This document shows, piece by piece, positions 33,101 to 41,351 of a stretch of 64,000 nt of DNA; the stretch's first letter is position 1; each line of letters opens with the position of its first letter. This stretch comes from Thiomonas intermedia (GTDB taxonomy: Bacteria; Pseudomonadota; Gammaproteobacteria; Burkholderiales; Burkholderiaceae_C), in contig DYKQ01000004.1 of assembly GCA_020722545.1 (NCBI GenBank), forward strand, positions 833 through 64,832, written 5' to 3'. A program made the translations under genes and the position numbers. The notes beneath the pieces were generated by a model. It was given only the letters and a program-made list of their open reading frames with translations. It made no database searches and was not told the DNA's origin.

Positions 33101-33319
33101 AAAGGCGACGGCTGGCAGGCGTATGAAGAGCGCAGCTTCAGCGCCTTCCGCAGCTACTACGCCTATCTGCCCAAGGGCAAGGTCAGCCTGCAATACACCC
33201 TGCGGCTGAACGCCGTGGGCAGCTTCGCGCTGCCGCCCACGCGGGTGGAAGCCATGTATGCGCCCGAGATGTTCGGCGAGGCGCCGAATGCGCGCTTCGT
33301 CGTGGAGCCGCGGCCATGA
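27173..33319 (+). CDS. Bacterial alpha-2-macroglobulin (YfhM-like) with intact thioester motif
   Basis: 2048 aa, signal peptide, MG domains (FDRTLLRAGETV, FRVEEFRLP), YPYGCLEQ thioester, VEAMYAP C-terminus; upstream of pbpC. Confidence 0.93.
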   Translation: MRCARWWTAVGLFLGLMQGAFALRVSSLSPQGEVAQVRQVVARFDGPAVNFGDARAPAPLSVTCSDPQAAQGNGRWISANEWAFQFANDLPAGVRCTVQTLPSFKSPQGKALSGPTRWTFNTGGPFVRHIWPPTGAAIDEQQAFVLQLSGAATPQSLSEHIHCRIEGLGEQVAVQQISGAQREALLKALGLNQSAASQPQQIVTLRCARKLPAGGEVTLVYGAGVSTPSGVESGVTRRYGYRVREPFAATFSCERENAKAGCSPFKPLSLSFNAPVSRKLAAAIRLQIGKRSVAPDLTDEDGQGDAQVNDIAFAPPFAENTAMQIVLPPQFVDVDHRPLRNADRFPLSIDTGAMPPLAKFATSPFGIVERFPEGIGRGPALLPVTLRRVPLAQGVRDYAVSDLQPQSDAQTIAWFRRVQAFSSFFVSRDAARKVVSGPLPPVLHEANGDAVNPDQVQTRMVSLLEGKPGLRKIALPAVESGQKRPFEVVGIPLPPGFHVIEIASKTLGKALLDPRYGANREMVVRTAALVTNLNVSVKIGRENALAWVTTLDKGRPVAGAKVQVSDCHGKLLTTATTDAQGLARLDGLDPQAPYCGDDDDALGYFDLGYFVSARATDADGTPDMAFAWSEWNEGFEPWRFNVPTDRSSSPDTVAHTIFDRTLLRAGETVSMKHLLRVETLKGLELPKTYPDTLVITHEGSGQEFKQPLKWQRTPTGGMTASSQFAIPKAAKLGEYDVQLRSEEDNGWSPSSGSFRVEEFRLPVFTGRIAPVDGKPLIRPQDVPVSVQVSYTAGGPAANLPVQVSALVRSKWLSFDGFDAFSFSPPQQQGQGGDDEDAAQDDSKIIADKLAVTLDRQGLGRVGIDDVPPSNQARELLLEASYSDPNGEIQTLRSTQTLWPAAVVAGIKTESWVSAGKHARLQALALNLQGKPQAGVPLTVKAVAHITTTSRKRMVGGFYAYDNKTTTKDLGILCSGKSDAHGLLLCDVKLDQAGEIELIASATDAQGRSAQASSSVWVTRQGELWFGGENNDRMDVLPEKKTYQPGETAQFQVRMPFRHATALVAVEREGVMHTEVVQLDGTDPTVRLKVQPTWGPNVYVSVLALRGRLYDVPWYSFFTWGYKTPLTWWRMFWGDSKDYVPPTAMVDLSKPAFRFGMAEIRVGIAEHALKVAVQTDKPSYPVRGKARVTITATLPDGKPAAGADVALAAVDQALLELMPNTSWDLLHAMLRERAWGVETGTAQSEIIGRRHYGLKAVPAGGGGGKTETRDLFDTLLLWKPDVVLDAQGRAVVDVPLNDSLTAFRIVAVAERGLSQFGTGQASIRSTQDLQILSGLPPLVREGDRFTASFTLRNTTQQAMKVTLTPQAAGVALQPQTVDIPADTAREVNWTVDVPLSNTPDGAQTLAWQIEARDALHGAKDALRVQQQVLAAAPLAVQQATLQQVDGEFSLPVAPPPEALKTALGTAQGTAQGTPRGGVVDPHAPASRSLPLQGAASPEASPLRAVQSGAGQTGAAALSPEGAHPAFGRPRGGVKLAMQPTLVAGLDGVRDWFRRYPYGCLEQKSSIAIGLMDAARWQAVMAALPTYLDGDGLANYFPVREGEGNHGSDVLTAYLLAASDEASKLDPAFVIPDDLKAQMQSGLTAFVTGRIERRFWAPRADLDVRKLAAIEALARGGKAQPRLLDSITIAPNQWPTSAVIDWLSILQRLPDVPQRTQRLAEAENILKARLSWQGTKLVFSTERDDAWWWLMTGGDVNTARLMLLVMHDPAWKGELPRLASGFIARQQRGAWSTTTANLWGSLALQQFSRTFESEPVQGMTRVTLGQESGVVDWGKVAAVTAASASGAMHARSILGAPNAAQNWANNTVFLPWPSAAAQTLQVQQQGSGKPWVTVQSWAAVPLKTAFDAGYGIRKTLTPVEQAVPGKWSRGDVVRVTLDVNASSDMSWVVISDPIPGGASILGGGLGRDSEIATRGEQDKGDGWQAYEERSFSAFRSYYAYLPKGKVSLQYTLRLNAVGSFALPPTRVEAMYAPEMFGEAPNARFVVEPRP
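31588..31768 (+). mobile_element. 165-bp palindromic MITE/REP-like insertion, in frame within the macroglobulin gene
   Basis: Direct repeat GCCGCGCGGCGGGGTG at 31588-31603 and 31753-31768 (165 bp apart = 55 codons) enclosing several hairpins. Confidence 0.75.
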
Positions 33320-35565
33320 ATCCGGCCGTGCCGCAGCCGCGGCGACGACGGCGGTCGGGTCTGCTGGCGCCCCTGCTGGCAGGTGCGCTGCTCGCGCCGC
33401 AACCCGCCGCTGCCGCCGTGCCCGCATTCGCGCAAGTGCGGCAAGATTTTCGCCCCTCCGACACCCTGATTCTCGACCGTCACGGCGCGGTGGTGCAGCG
33501 CCTGCGCACCGACTCCTCCGTGCGGCGTGGGCAATGGGTGGCGCTGCCGGACGTGTCGCCCGCACTGCGCACGGCGCTCGTCCTGAGCGAGGACCGCCGC
33601 TTTTATCAGCACAGCGGGGTGGACTGGAAGGCAGTGTCCGCCGCGGCCTGGGGGCGCTTGTTTCACCGCCAGACCCGCGGCGCGTCCACCCTCACCATGC
33701 AGCTTGCCGGCCTGCTCGACGCCGACCTGCGGGTCAAGAGCGGCGGGCGCGACTGGGGGCAGAAAATCGGCCAGGCCCTCACCGCCACCGAGCTGGAACG
33801 GCATTGGCGCAAGGACCAGATTCTGGAGGCCTACCTCAACCTCGTGCCCTTTCGCGGTGATGTGGTCGGTATCGACGCCCTCTCCCGCACCCTGTTCGGC
33901 AAAGCCCCGCAAGGCCTGGATGCGCGCGAGGCCGCCATCACCGCCGCGCTGGTGCGCGCGCCCAATGCGCCTGCGAGCAAGGTCGCGCAGCGCGCTTGCG
34001 GCGTGCTGCGCGAGATGCAGGGACAGAAGTTGCCGTCCTCCGAACTCTGCGCCGGGCTGCCGCAGGAAACCGCAGCCGCGCTGCAGCGGCGCGAGTTTGC
34101 CGCGAGCAGCGGCATAGCGCCGCATCTGGGGCGCAAGCTCGTGGCGCTGAACACGCCCCCAGGCGGTCGGCCGCCCGTGCAGATTCGTTCCACCCTTGAC
34201 GCTCGCATCCAGCGCGTGGCGCAGACGGCCCTGCTGAAGGCGCTTGGCGAGTTGAGTGGCCGCAATGTGCAGGACGGCGCCGTGTTGGTGCTCGACAACG
34301 CCAGCGGCGAAGTGCGGGCCTGGGTTGGCTCATCGGGCGACTACAGCCTGGCTGCCGAGGTGGACGGCGTGACCGCCCGCCGCCAGCCCGGCTCCACCCT
34401 CAAACCCCTGCTCTACGCCCAGGCCCTGGCCGAGCGCCGCCTCACCGCCGCCTCGCTGCTCGACGACACGCCCACGCAGATTCCCACCGCTTCGGGCCTC
34501 TACATTCCTCAGAACTACGACCATCGCTTCAAAGGCTGGGTCAGCGTGCGCACGGCGCTGGCTTCGTCGCTCAACATCCCGGCCGTTCGCACCCTGGTGA
34601 TGGTGTCGCCCGACGCCTTTGCGCGCGAACTGCAGGCGCTGGACGTGCAACTCGCGCAGCCCGGCGATTACTACGGTTACAGCCTGGCGCTGGGCGCGGC
34701 CGAGGTGTCGCTACGCGATCTCACCAATGCCTATCGCGCCCTGGCCAATGGCGGCAAGGCGTCGCCCGTCGTGCTGATGCCGGGACAGAAAAGTGCGGCG
34801 CGGCAAGCGCTCGATGCTGGCGCGGCGTGGATCATCGGCGACATCCTCTCCGACCCCAACGCCCGCGCGCCGACCTTCGGCGTCGACAGCCTGCTGGCCA
34901 CCCGCTTCTGGACGGCGGTCAAAACCGGCACCAGCAAGGACATGCGCGACAACTGGGCGGTGGGCTGGTCGCAGCGCTACACCGTGGGCGTGTGGGTCGG
35001 CAACGCCGCAGGCGCGCCCATGCACGAGGTCAGCGGCATCAGCGGCGCCGCGCCCGTCTGGGCCGCGGTGATGCGGGCCCTGCACGCCAAAACGCCCAGC
35101 CGCCAGCCCGCGCCGCCGCCTGGCCTGCAGCGCGTTCAGGTGCGCTTCGATGGGCAGGGCGAAGCGCCGCGCCGCGAATGGTTTCTGCCCGGCACGGCGC
35201 AAAGCCGCTTTGCGCTGGGCGCGCAAACCCGTTCAGCCGACTTGGGCGCCGGGGTGAGGCTGCACGCTGGACGGGGTGAAACCGCCGCTTCCTCAGCCGC
35301 AGCCCACCGCATCACCGCCCCGACGGATGGCACGGTGCTTGCGCTCGATCCCGATATTCCACCGCAACATCAGCGCGTCGAGCTGACCGCGTCCACGGCC
35401 GATGCGCGCTGGCAAGTCGATGGCCGCCCTCTGGGCCGTGGCGCGCGCTTGCCCTGGTTTCCGCAGCCCGGTCGGCACCAGATCGCCCTGGTCGATGCGC
35501 GCGGCGCCCTGCTCGACAGCATCATGCTGGAAGTGCGCGGCGCCGGGCTTCCCGCCCGGCGCTGA
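33316..35565 (+). CDS. pbpC: Penicillin-binding protein 1C
   Basis: SEDRRFYQHSGVD, GASTLTMQ, RQPGSTLKP (SxxK), SLN, KTGTS; 4-bp overlap with the macroglobulin stop. Confidence 0.93.
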   Translation: MNPAVPQPRRRRRSGLLAPLLAGALLAPQPAAAAVPAFAQVRQDFRPSDTLILDRHGAVVQRLRTDSSVRRGQWVALPDVSPALRTALVLSEDRRFYQHSGVDWKAVSAAAWGRLFHRQTRGASTLTMQLAGLLDADLRVKSGGRDWGQKIGQALTATELERHWRKDQILEAYLNLVPFRGDVVGIDALSRTLFGKAPQGLDAREAAITAALVRAPNAPASKVAQRACGVLREMQGQKLPSSELCAGLPQETAAALQRREFAASSGIAPHLGRKLVALNTPPGGRPPVQIRSTLDARIQRVAQTALLKALGELSGRNVQDGAVLVLDNASGEVRAWVGSSGDYSLAAEVDGVTARRQPGSTLKPLLYAQALAERRLTAASLLDDTPTQIPTASGLYIPQNYDHRFKGWVSVRTALASSLNIPAVRTLVMVSPDAFARELQALDVQLAQPGDYYGYSLALGAAEVSLRDLTNAYRALANGGKASPVVLMPGQKSAARQALDAGAAWIIGDILSDPNARAPTFGVDSLLATRFWTAVKTGTSKDMRDNWAVGWSQRYTVGVWVGNAAGAPMHEVSGISGAAPVWAAVMRALHAKTPSRQPAPPPGLQRVQVRFDGQGEAPRREWFLPGTAQSRFALGAQTRSADLGAGVRLHAGRGETAASSAAAHRITAPTDGTVLALDPDIPPQHQRVELTASTADARWQVDGRPLGRGARLPWFPQPGRHQIALVDARGALLDSIMLEVRGAGLPARR

Positions 35566-35577
35566 ACCGTCACCTTC

Positions 35578-35625
35578 AGAGCGCCCCCAGACCTGCCGCG
35601 TTCGCGGCAGGTCTGGGGGCGCTCT
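35578..35625. repeat. Perfect 22-bp-stem inverted repeat
   Basis: AGAGCGCCCCCAGACCTGCCGC-GTTC-GCGGCAGGTCTGGGGGCGCTCT. Confidence 0.9.
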
Positions 35626-35809
35626 CAAGCAGCTTGCTCATCGGCAGCTAGAACACGGAAAAGCCATACGCCATGCCGATACACAGGTGAATCGCAAGCG
35701 CGACAGACTCCGTAGGCGCCAGTCAGCGGTTGAAATCGGGACCTGCAACCGTGCTTTCGCGGCCGAGCAGGCCCGGTTGAGGAGGGGTTGTGCTGAGAGA
35801 AGATGCCAT
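35621..35809 (-). pseudogene. 5' remnant of an OFA-family MFS transporter
   Basis: GGAG RBS, then MASSLSTTPPQPGLLGRESTVAGPDFNR*LAPTESVALAIHLCIGMAYGFSVF*LPMSKLLES; resembles the OFA N-terminus FNRWLVPPAALAIHLCIGMAYGFSVFW. Confidence 0.85.
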
Positions 35810-35939
35810 TCACAACTCCAAGCGTGTTGTTGTTCCCCGGGGCGGCGGCAGGAACTTTTGCCGCAGCAGGCGGCTTCATAGTGAAGTTTCGTGACTTTGT
35901 TGGCAAAGTTTGTCTGACATGTTGCGTTTTGTGCATATG

Positions 35940-35965
35940 AAAAAAGCCGACAGGCGTCGGCTTTT
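35940..35965 (-). terminator. Intrinsic terminator of the CsgG-like gene (possibly bidirectional)
   Basis: AAAAAAGCCGAC-AGGC-GTCGGCTTTT. Confidence 0.8.
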
Positions 35966-36002
35966 GTTGGAGGTCCGCCCTCACAGGCAGACTACCCTGA
36001 AA

Positions 36003-37034
36003 TCACTGGTTGAACGCAGCGATCGTGGCCTGGTCGAGCATGCCCGTTTCCGGCAGTCCGCGCGATTTCTGGAAGCGCTTGAGTTGCGCGCGGGTTCTCG
36101 GCCCCATGACGCCGTCGGGCGTGCCGACCGGAAAGCCCTGCGCGTTGAGCTTTTCCTGCGCCTGTTTGAGCGTCATGGTGGCGGGGGCCGTCTGCGTTGC
36201 GGCCACAGGCTGTGCGGCCGGGGTCGATCCGCCCTGCACGCCGAGCTGGCCGCCAGTGCCCAGTCCGCCTTTGACTTCCTGCGCTTTGTAGTTCTCGACG
36301 GCCTTGACGACGCCGTTATAGGAATCCATGAACGCCGCCACGATGACCTTGCCCTGCGCGGTGTTGGCATAACCGCCGCCGATGCCGCCCGCCGCGCCGC
36401 CAAACAGCCCGCCGAGCGCTCCGAAGTCCCAGCTTTTCGCGCTGCCCTCTGCTGCGGCGAGCTGCACGCCCGAGCGGTTGTCCACCAAGGTGAGCAGGGT
36501 GCTGGCCTCCTTGGCGCTGAGGCTGCCACCCACGGCGGCGCCGACCGAGCCGAACAGGCCGCCGACCAGGGCGCCGATATTGCCGGCGTTGTTGTTGGAG
36601 AAGGTGATCGAGGGAGTCAGGGTATAGTCCGCCGAAACCATTTGCCCCTTGCCGAAGTTCGAGTTCTGCCGCAGCTCGCCCGATTGGGCCAGCGCGCGTT
36701 CCTGCATCATGTTGTTCATGGCGCGGCCGCGATCGACCACCACAAAGCAGTTCGACTGCTGGATCATGAGCTTGAGCACCGGCGTGACCGGGCCCAACTG
36801 ATATTGGCTGGTCAGAATGCCGTACCAGGGCGTATTGGTGTCTTCCACCACGGCGATGGTGCCCAGCGGGGCGTTGCAGCGAGCGAGTTTGCTGTTCGCA
36901 TTCTGACTGTTGGCGCCGCCAGCCGATCCTGTGGCTTCGGTTTTTGCAGCTTTTGATCCCATGTCCATGCTGGAACATGCGGCGAGTGACAAAACAGCGG
37001 CCAGGGCTGTCAGTCGTTTGATTTGACGAAACAT
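36003..37034 (-). CDS. CsgG/HfaB-family lipoprotein with C-terminal peptidoglycan-binding domain
   Basis: Lipobox LAAC; QQSNCFVVVDRG, LVDNRSGVQLAAAEG; PG-binding motif QEKLNAQGF..DGVMGPRT..FQ..GL..TG.LD. Confidence 0.8.
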   Translation of the reverse strand: MFRQIKRLTALAAVLSLAACSSMDMGSKAAKTEATGSAGGANSQNANSKLARCNAPLGTIAVVEDTNTPWYGILTSQYQLGPVTPVLKLMIQQSNCFVVVDRGRAMNNMMQERALAQSGELRQNSNFGKGQMVSADYTLTPSITFSNNNAGNIGALVGGLFGSVGAAVGGSLSAKEASTLLTLVDNRSGVQLAAAEGSAKSWDFGALGGLFGGAAGGIGGGYANTAQGKVIVAAFMDSYNGVVKAVENYKAQEVKGGLGTGGQLGVQGGSTPAAQPVAATQTAPATMTLKQAQEKLNAQGFPVGTPDGVMGPRTRAQLKRFQKSRGLPETGMLDQATIAAFNQ

Positions 37035-37299
37035 TGATCTGGACTCCAAGTTGTTATCGATGCAACACAGGTTGCCTTAGCGTCAGGCGACGTGGCGCAC
37101 AGATACTAAAAGGTTTTCATTGCGTTTTTCGGGCATAAATGTCATTGCAGTTTGCAAAATTGAGGGATTGTGGCTTTTTTGGCACTTCAATGCGCCGATT
37201 TGGAACTTCTGGGACTGAAACTTCGATGCGTTGCACATTCGCATCGGGTTTCGGCGCCGCGCGCACAATAGAGATTTAGCCGTCTTCAAGGCCCTCGTC

Positions 37300-39297
37300 A
37301 TGACTTCCCAAGAAAACTCCCCCTTTGCCGAACTCGGCTTGCCCGAACCGTTGCTGCAAGCCCTGCGCGATGTGGGATATGAAACCCCGTCGCCCATTCA
37401 GGCGGCCACCATTCCGCCGCTGCTGGCCGGGCGCGATGTGCTTGGGCAGGCGCAGACCGGCACCGGCAAGACGGCGGCGTTCGCCCTGCCCATCCTGGCG
37501 AAAATCGACTGCAATTCACGCCACACCCAGGCGTTGGTGCTGGCGCCTACGCGCGAACTGGCCATCCAGGTGGCCGAGGCTTTTGCGCGCTATGCCGCGC
37601 ATCTGCCGGGTTTCAATGTGCTGCCGATCTATGGCGGGCAAAGCTACGTGCCGCAGCTCGCCTCGCTCAAGCGGGGCGCGCATGTGGTGGTGGGCACGCC
37701 GGGGCGCATCATCGATCACCTGGAGCGCGGCACGCTCAAGCTGGACCAGCTCGCGCACATGGTGCTCGACGAGGCGGATGAGATGCTGCGCATGGGCTTC
37801 ATCGACGATGTCGAGTCCATCCTGAAAAAGACCCCGCCGCAGCGTCAGGTGGCGCTGTTTTCGGCCACCATGCCCACAGCCATCCGGCGGATTGCGCAAA
37901 CCTATCTGCACGATCCGCAAGAAATCACCATCAAGGCGGCCACGACCACCGCCACGCACATTCAGCAGCGCTACTGGATGGTCAGCGGCCTGCACAAGCT
38001 CGACGCACTCACCCGCATTCTGGAGGTCGAGCCGTTCGAGGGCATGATCATCTTCGCCCGCACCAAGCAGGCCACCGAGGATCTGGCGGAAAAGCTCGCG
38101 GCGCGTGGTTTCACCGCAGCGGCGCTCAATGGCGACGTGCCGCAGGCGTTGCGCGAGCGCATGGTGCAGCGGCTCAAGGATGGCCAGCTCGACATCCTCG
38201 TGGCCACTGACGTGGCGGCGCGCGGGCTGGATGTGGAGCGCATCAGCCATGTGGTGAACTACGACATCCCGACGGATACCGAAAGCTATGTGCACCGCAT
38301 CGGCCGCACCGGCCGCGCCGGGCGCAGCGGCGACGCCATTCTGTTCGTCACGCCGCGCGAGCGGCATTTGCTGCGCGCCATCGAACGGGCCACGCGCCAG
38401 CCCATCACGCAGATGCAGTTGCCCAGCACCGAAGCGGTGAATGACAGCCGCATCAGCCGCTTCATGGAGCGCATCACTGAAGCGCGCGAGCGGGAAGGGT
38501 TGGAGGATTACCAGCGTCTGGTCGAGCGTTACGAGCAGGAATTTGACATTCCAGCCATCGAGATTGCCGCGGCGCTGGCGCGTATGGTGCAGGGCAACAA
38601 GCCGCTGCTCATGCGCCCGGGCAGCGAGCTGTCCTGCAGCGCGGAGACTGAGGTCCCGCGCCGGGAGCGGGAACCACGCGAGGCCCGCGAAACCCGTGAG
38701 CCGCGCGCACCGCGCCCGGCGCGTGCGCCGCGCGACGACGCGGCTCCTGCGCGTGCGCCGCGCGAGCGCGCCAAACCTCGCGATCTGGAGTCGTTCACTC
38801 AGACTCTGATGCAGGTGCGCGAAGAGGTCGGCGTGCCGCAGCGCACAGCGCATGCCGACACCGGGCACGCCGGTCGGCCTGCCCGGGCCGAGCGTCCGGC
38901 GCGCAGTGCGTCCGCCACGGGCGACGTGCGTTTCGAGACCTACCGCGTCGAGGTCGGACGCGATCACGGCGTGGAAGTGCGCAATCTGGTCGGCGCCATC
39001 GCCAACGAGGCCGGGCTGGAAAACAAGCACATCGGCAATATCGCCATTCGCGGCGACCACAGCTTTGTCGAGCTGCCCGAAGGCATGCCCAAAGATGTGT
39101 TCCGCACGCTGCAGAAAACCTGGGTGAGCGGGCGACAACTGCAACTCACCAAAGTCGAATCGGTGCGCGATGCCGCCCGGGAACGTCCGGCGACCCGAGC
39201 GCCCGCGCGACGTTTCGATTCGGGCGATACGTCGCCCGCGCTCAAGCGCCGCGCCGCGCCGATGCCTGGCGGCAAGTCGTTCAAGCGCAAGCCTTGA
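37300..39297 (+). CDS. deaD: DEAD-box RNA helicase DeaD/CsdA
   Basis: AQTGTGKT, PTRELA, DEAD, SAT, HRIGRTGRAG, DbpA-type RNA-binding C-terminal domain. Confidence 0.93.
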   Translation: MTSQENSPFAELGLPEPLLQALRDVGYETPSPIQAATIPPLLAGRDVLGQAQTGTGKTAAFALPILAKIDCNSRHTQALVLAPTRELAIQVAEAFARYAAHLPGFNVLPIYGGQSYVPQLASLKRGAHVVVGTPGRIIDHLERGTLKLDQLAHMVLDEADEMLRMGFIDDVESILKKTPPQRQVALFSATMPTAIRRIAQTYLHDPQEITIKAATTTATHIQQRYWMVSGLHKLDALTRILEVEPFEGMIIFARTKQATEDLAEKLAARGFTAAALNGDVPQALRERMVQRLKDGQLDILVATDVAARGLDVERISHVVNYDIPTDTESYVHRIGRTGRAGRSGDAILFVTPRERHLLRAIERATRQPITQMQLPSTEAVNDSRISRFMERITEAREREGLEDYQRLVERYEQEFDIPAIEIAAALARMVQGNKPLLMRPGSELSCSAETEVPRREREPREARETREPRAPRPARAPRDDAAPARAPRERAKPRDLESFTQTLMQVREEVGVPQRTAHADTGHAGRPARAERPARSASATGDVRFETYRVEVGRDHGVEVRNLVGAIANEAGLENKHIGNIAIRGDHSFVELPEGMPKDVFRTLQKTWVSGRQLQLTKVESVRDAARERPATRAPARRFDSGDTSPALKRRAAPMPGGKSFKRKP

Positions 39298-39451
39298 GTC
39301 TGTCTTGCGTTTCTGCCGGGCCGTTCCGCCGGGCAAGGCCGCGTGATTTTTCACAGGATCAAAGGCCGCCTTGACCAGACGAGAAGTCGTACAGATTCCA
39401 GGTTTTGTTTGACCCCTGGGAAGGAACCGTCGGGTCGCCCTGGGGGCGACC

Positions 39452-40057
39452 TCAGACGCCCATGTAACGCCCCGGTTTGTGGTTGACGGCGAGGATCAGG
39501 TTGAGCGCCACCGCGCCGAGCACGGACAGGGCGACTTTTTCCGGCGAAACGATGGCGAATGCGGCAAGCACGATGCCGCTGTCGATTCCCATCTGCACCG
39601 TTCCGGCCCGCCAGCCATGCCGGTTTTGCAGATACACCACCAGCACGCCCACGCCGCCGAGGCTGGCTTTGTGGCGAAACAGCATGAGCAGCCCCGTGCC
39701 GACCAGAAATCCGCCCATCACCGCGGCAAACACCGGGTTGATGTCGCCCAGCGCGATCCAGCGCGGCAGCCACTCCGTCCAGATGGAAACCAGCGTGATG
39801 CCAATGAATGTTTTCAGGGTGAAGTCCCAGCCTAGCGTGCGGATGGCCAGCCAGAAAAACGGCAGATTGATCACGAAAAACAGCAGGCCGAAGTTCCAAT
39901 GCGTCCAGTAAAACAGCAGAAAACTCAGTCCTGCCGTACCTCCGGTCAGCAGCCCTGCGTGGCGGAATAGCGTCAAGCCGAGCGCGACGAAGAGACTGGC
40001 GATCAACAGGGCCTGGGCATCCTCAAAGCGGGTGTGCGTGATGGCGGGTGTGGGCAT
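39452..40057 (-). CDS. YitT-family membrane protein
   Basis: HTRFED, LLTGGTAG, NLPFF, FRHKASLGG, NHKPGRY. Confidence 0.85.
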   Translation of the reverse strand: MPTPAITHTRFEDAQALLIASLFVALGLTLFRHAGLLTGGTAGLSFLLFYWTHWNFGLLFFVINLPFFWLAIRTLGWDFTLKTFIGITLVSIWTEWLPRWIALGDINPVFAAVMGGFLVGTGLLMLFRHKASLGGVGVLVVYLQNRHGWRAGTVQMGIDSGIVLAAFAIVSPEKVALSVLGAVALNLILAVNHKPGRYMGV

Positions 40058-40170
40058 GTGGGTGTTCTGGATGGACTTGGTTGCTGCAACGCAACAAGTG
40101 TAGGCGCTGCGGCTTGTGTGATCGTGCTTCGGTATATCGCTCATGAGAAAACGCCGGGACGCCCCAAGTC

Positions 40171-40706
40171 TTCGTCGCGAATGTGCTGCGTCTGGACAAC
40201 GCCGCCACGCCCATCGGCCTGCGCGCCATGCGCGAATTGCAGACGCTCAACCTCAGTCAGGACACGGCGAGCAATGCGCAAATCCTGTTCCTGGTGTTCA
40301 ACGCTTCGTCGCTGACGCTGCTGCCGGTGAGCATTTTCATGTGCCGCGCGCAGCAGGGCGCGCTGGGCTATGCGCTGGATGGCATCCGCTGGGTGGTGCA
40401 CGGGCTGGGCATGAACACCGATTTCGTCGCCGCTCTGCCCACTGCGCTGGTCAAGCCGTTTTCAGGCAGTGCCGCGCGCGCCATGCTGATCGAGACCATG
40501 CAGCATGACGGCGTGGACAGCTACCCGGCGCTGCTGGCCGCGACCATGCAGGGCAGCACCGAGACCACGTTCTATGTGGTGGCGGTGTACTTCGGCGCGG
40601 TGGGCATCAGGCGCTGCTCCCTACCGTGGGTTGCGCGCTGGCGGCGGATCTGGCGGGCATCGTCGCATCGATCGCGGTATGCGCGTGGTTCTTCGCGCCG
40701 CATTGA
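40171..40706 (+). pseudogene. Fragmented SpmA/SpmB fusion (nucleoside-recognition gate domain) gene
   Basis: LDNAATPIGLRAM (SpmA-like) joined directly to LVKPFSGSAAR...QGSTETTFYV (SpmB-like); no N-terminus; apparent internal deletion; frameshift near 40615 with the C-terminus TVGCALAADLAGIVASIAVCAWFF in another frame. Confidence 0.8.
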
Positions 40707-40718
40707 GCGCTTGCCGCG

Positions 40719-41270
40719 CTACCGTCCGAGTTGGCGCAGCAGGTGGATGGCCTTGGACTCGCCATGTTTGGCGACCAGTGCGGCCTTGATTTCCGGGAGC
40801 AGGGCGAGCAACTGGTCGGGCGTCTGGCATTGCTCGATTCTGAGTTACAGTGCGTAGGCCTTGATCATGCCCAGATGGCTGCTCACCAGGCCGTTGATCT
40901 GCTCGTAAAGACTGGAAAAATCGGCAGAGGTGTTGACCTTTGCGGAATGAACGCTGTTGGGCTCCAGCGCCAGTTCGGAGGGCAGCTCCTCGTCGTCATG
41001 CAAGAACGAGTCAGCCTCCTCCTCAACTGCGGGCGCGGCGGCTGGCGGCTCGGAAACTGCGGGTGCGGCGATCAGTTCGAGTGCGAGCAGTTGCTCCAAC
41101 GCGTCTTCGGGAGCGGAGATGGCCTGCATCAACTCCCGCAGGGTTTGCACGTCGCGTTTGCCGTCCACCAAAAGCAGCACATTGCGCAACACACGCGATT
41201 GCAGAACCGCCCGCTTGGCGATCTCGTCCTGTCCCTTTCCGGTTTTGAACAACAAGCTCTCTGGGCGCAT
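40719..41270 (-). pseudogene. Conserved hypothetical gene interrupted by one in-frame TAA
   Basis: ORF stops at TAA 40845-40847, but the frame continues LRIEQCQTPDQLLALLPEIKAALVAKHGESKAIHLLRQLGR to TAG at 40719-40721. Confidence 0.65.
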
Positions 41271-41351
41271 GGCGGTATCCCTCGCACGAGTCTGAAACTG
41301 TGCGGGAGTTTAGGGCTTGGCGTCGGTTCAGCCGCCTGCGGGCAGGCAGAC

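Noticed and set aside
35625-35984. 119-aa minus-strand ORF containing a CRAC motif
   Set aside because: Overlaps the OFA pseudogene in another frame and spans a terminator; likely spurious
38655-38780. REPRE/APR-type repeats in deaD
   Set aside because: Ordinary Arg-rich low-complexity linker of DeaD proteins; no exact DNA repeat or spacer array
35648-40847. In-frame stops as evidence of stop-codon recoding
   Set aside because: TGA, TAG and TAA all terminate intact genes in this window, and two of the three affected genes also show truncation or frameshift, so decay is the simpler explanation
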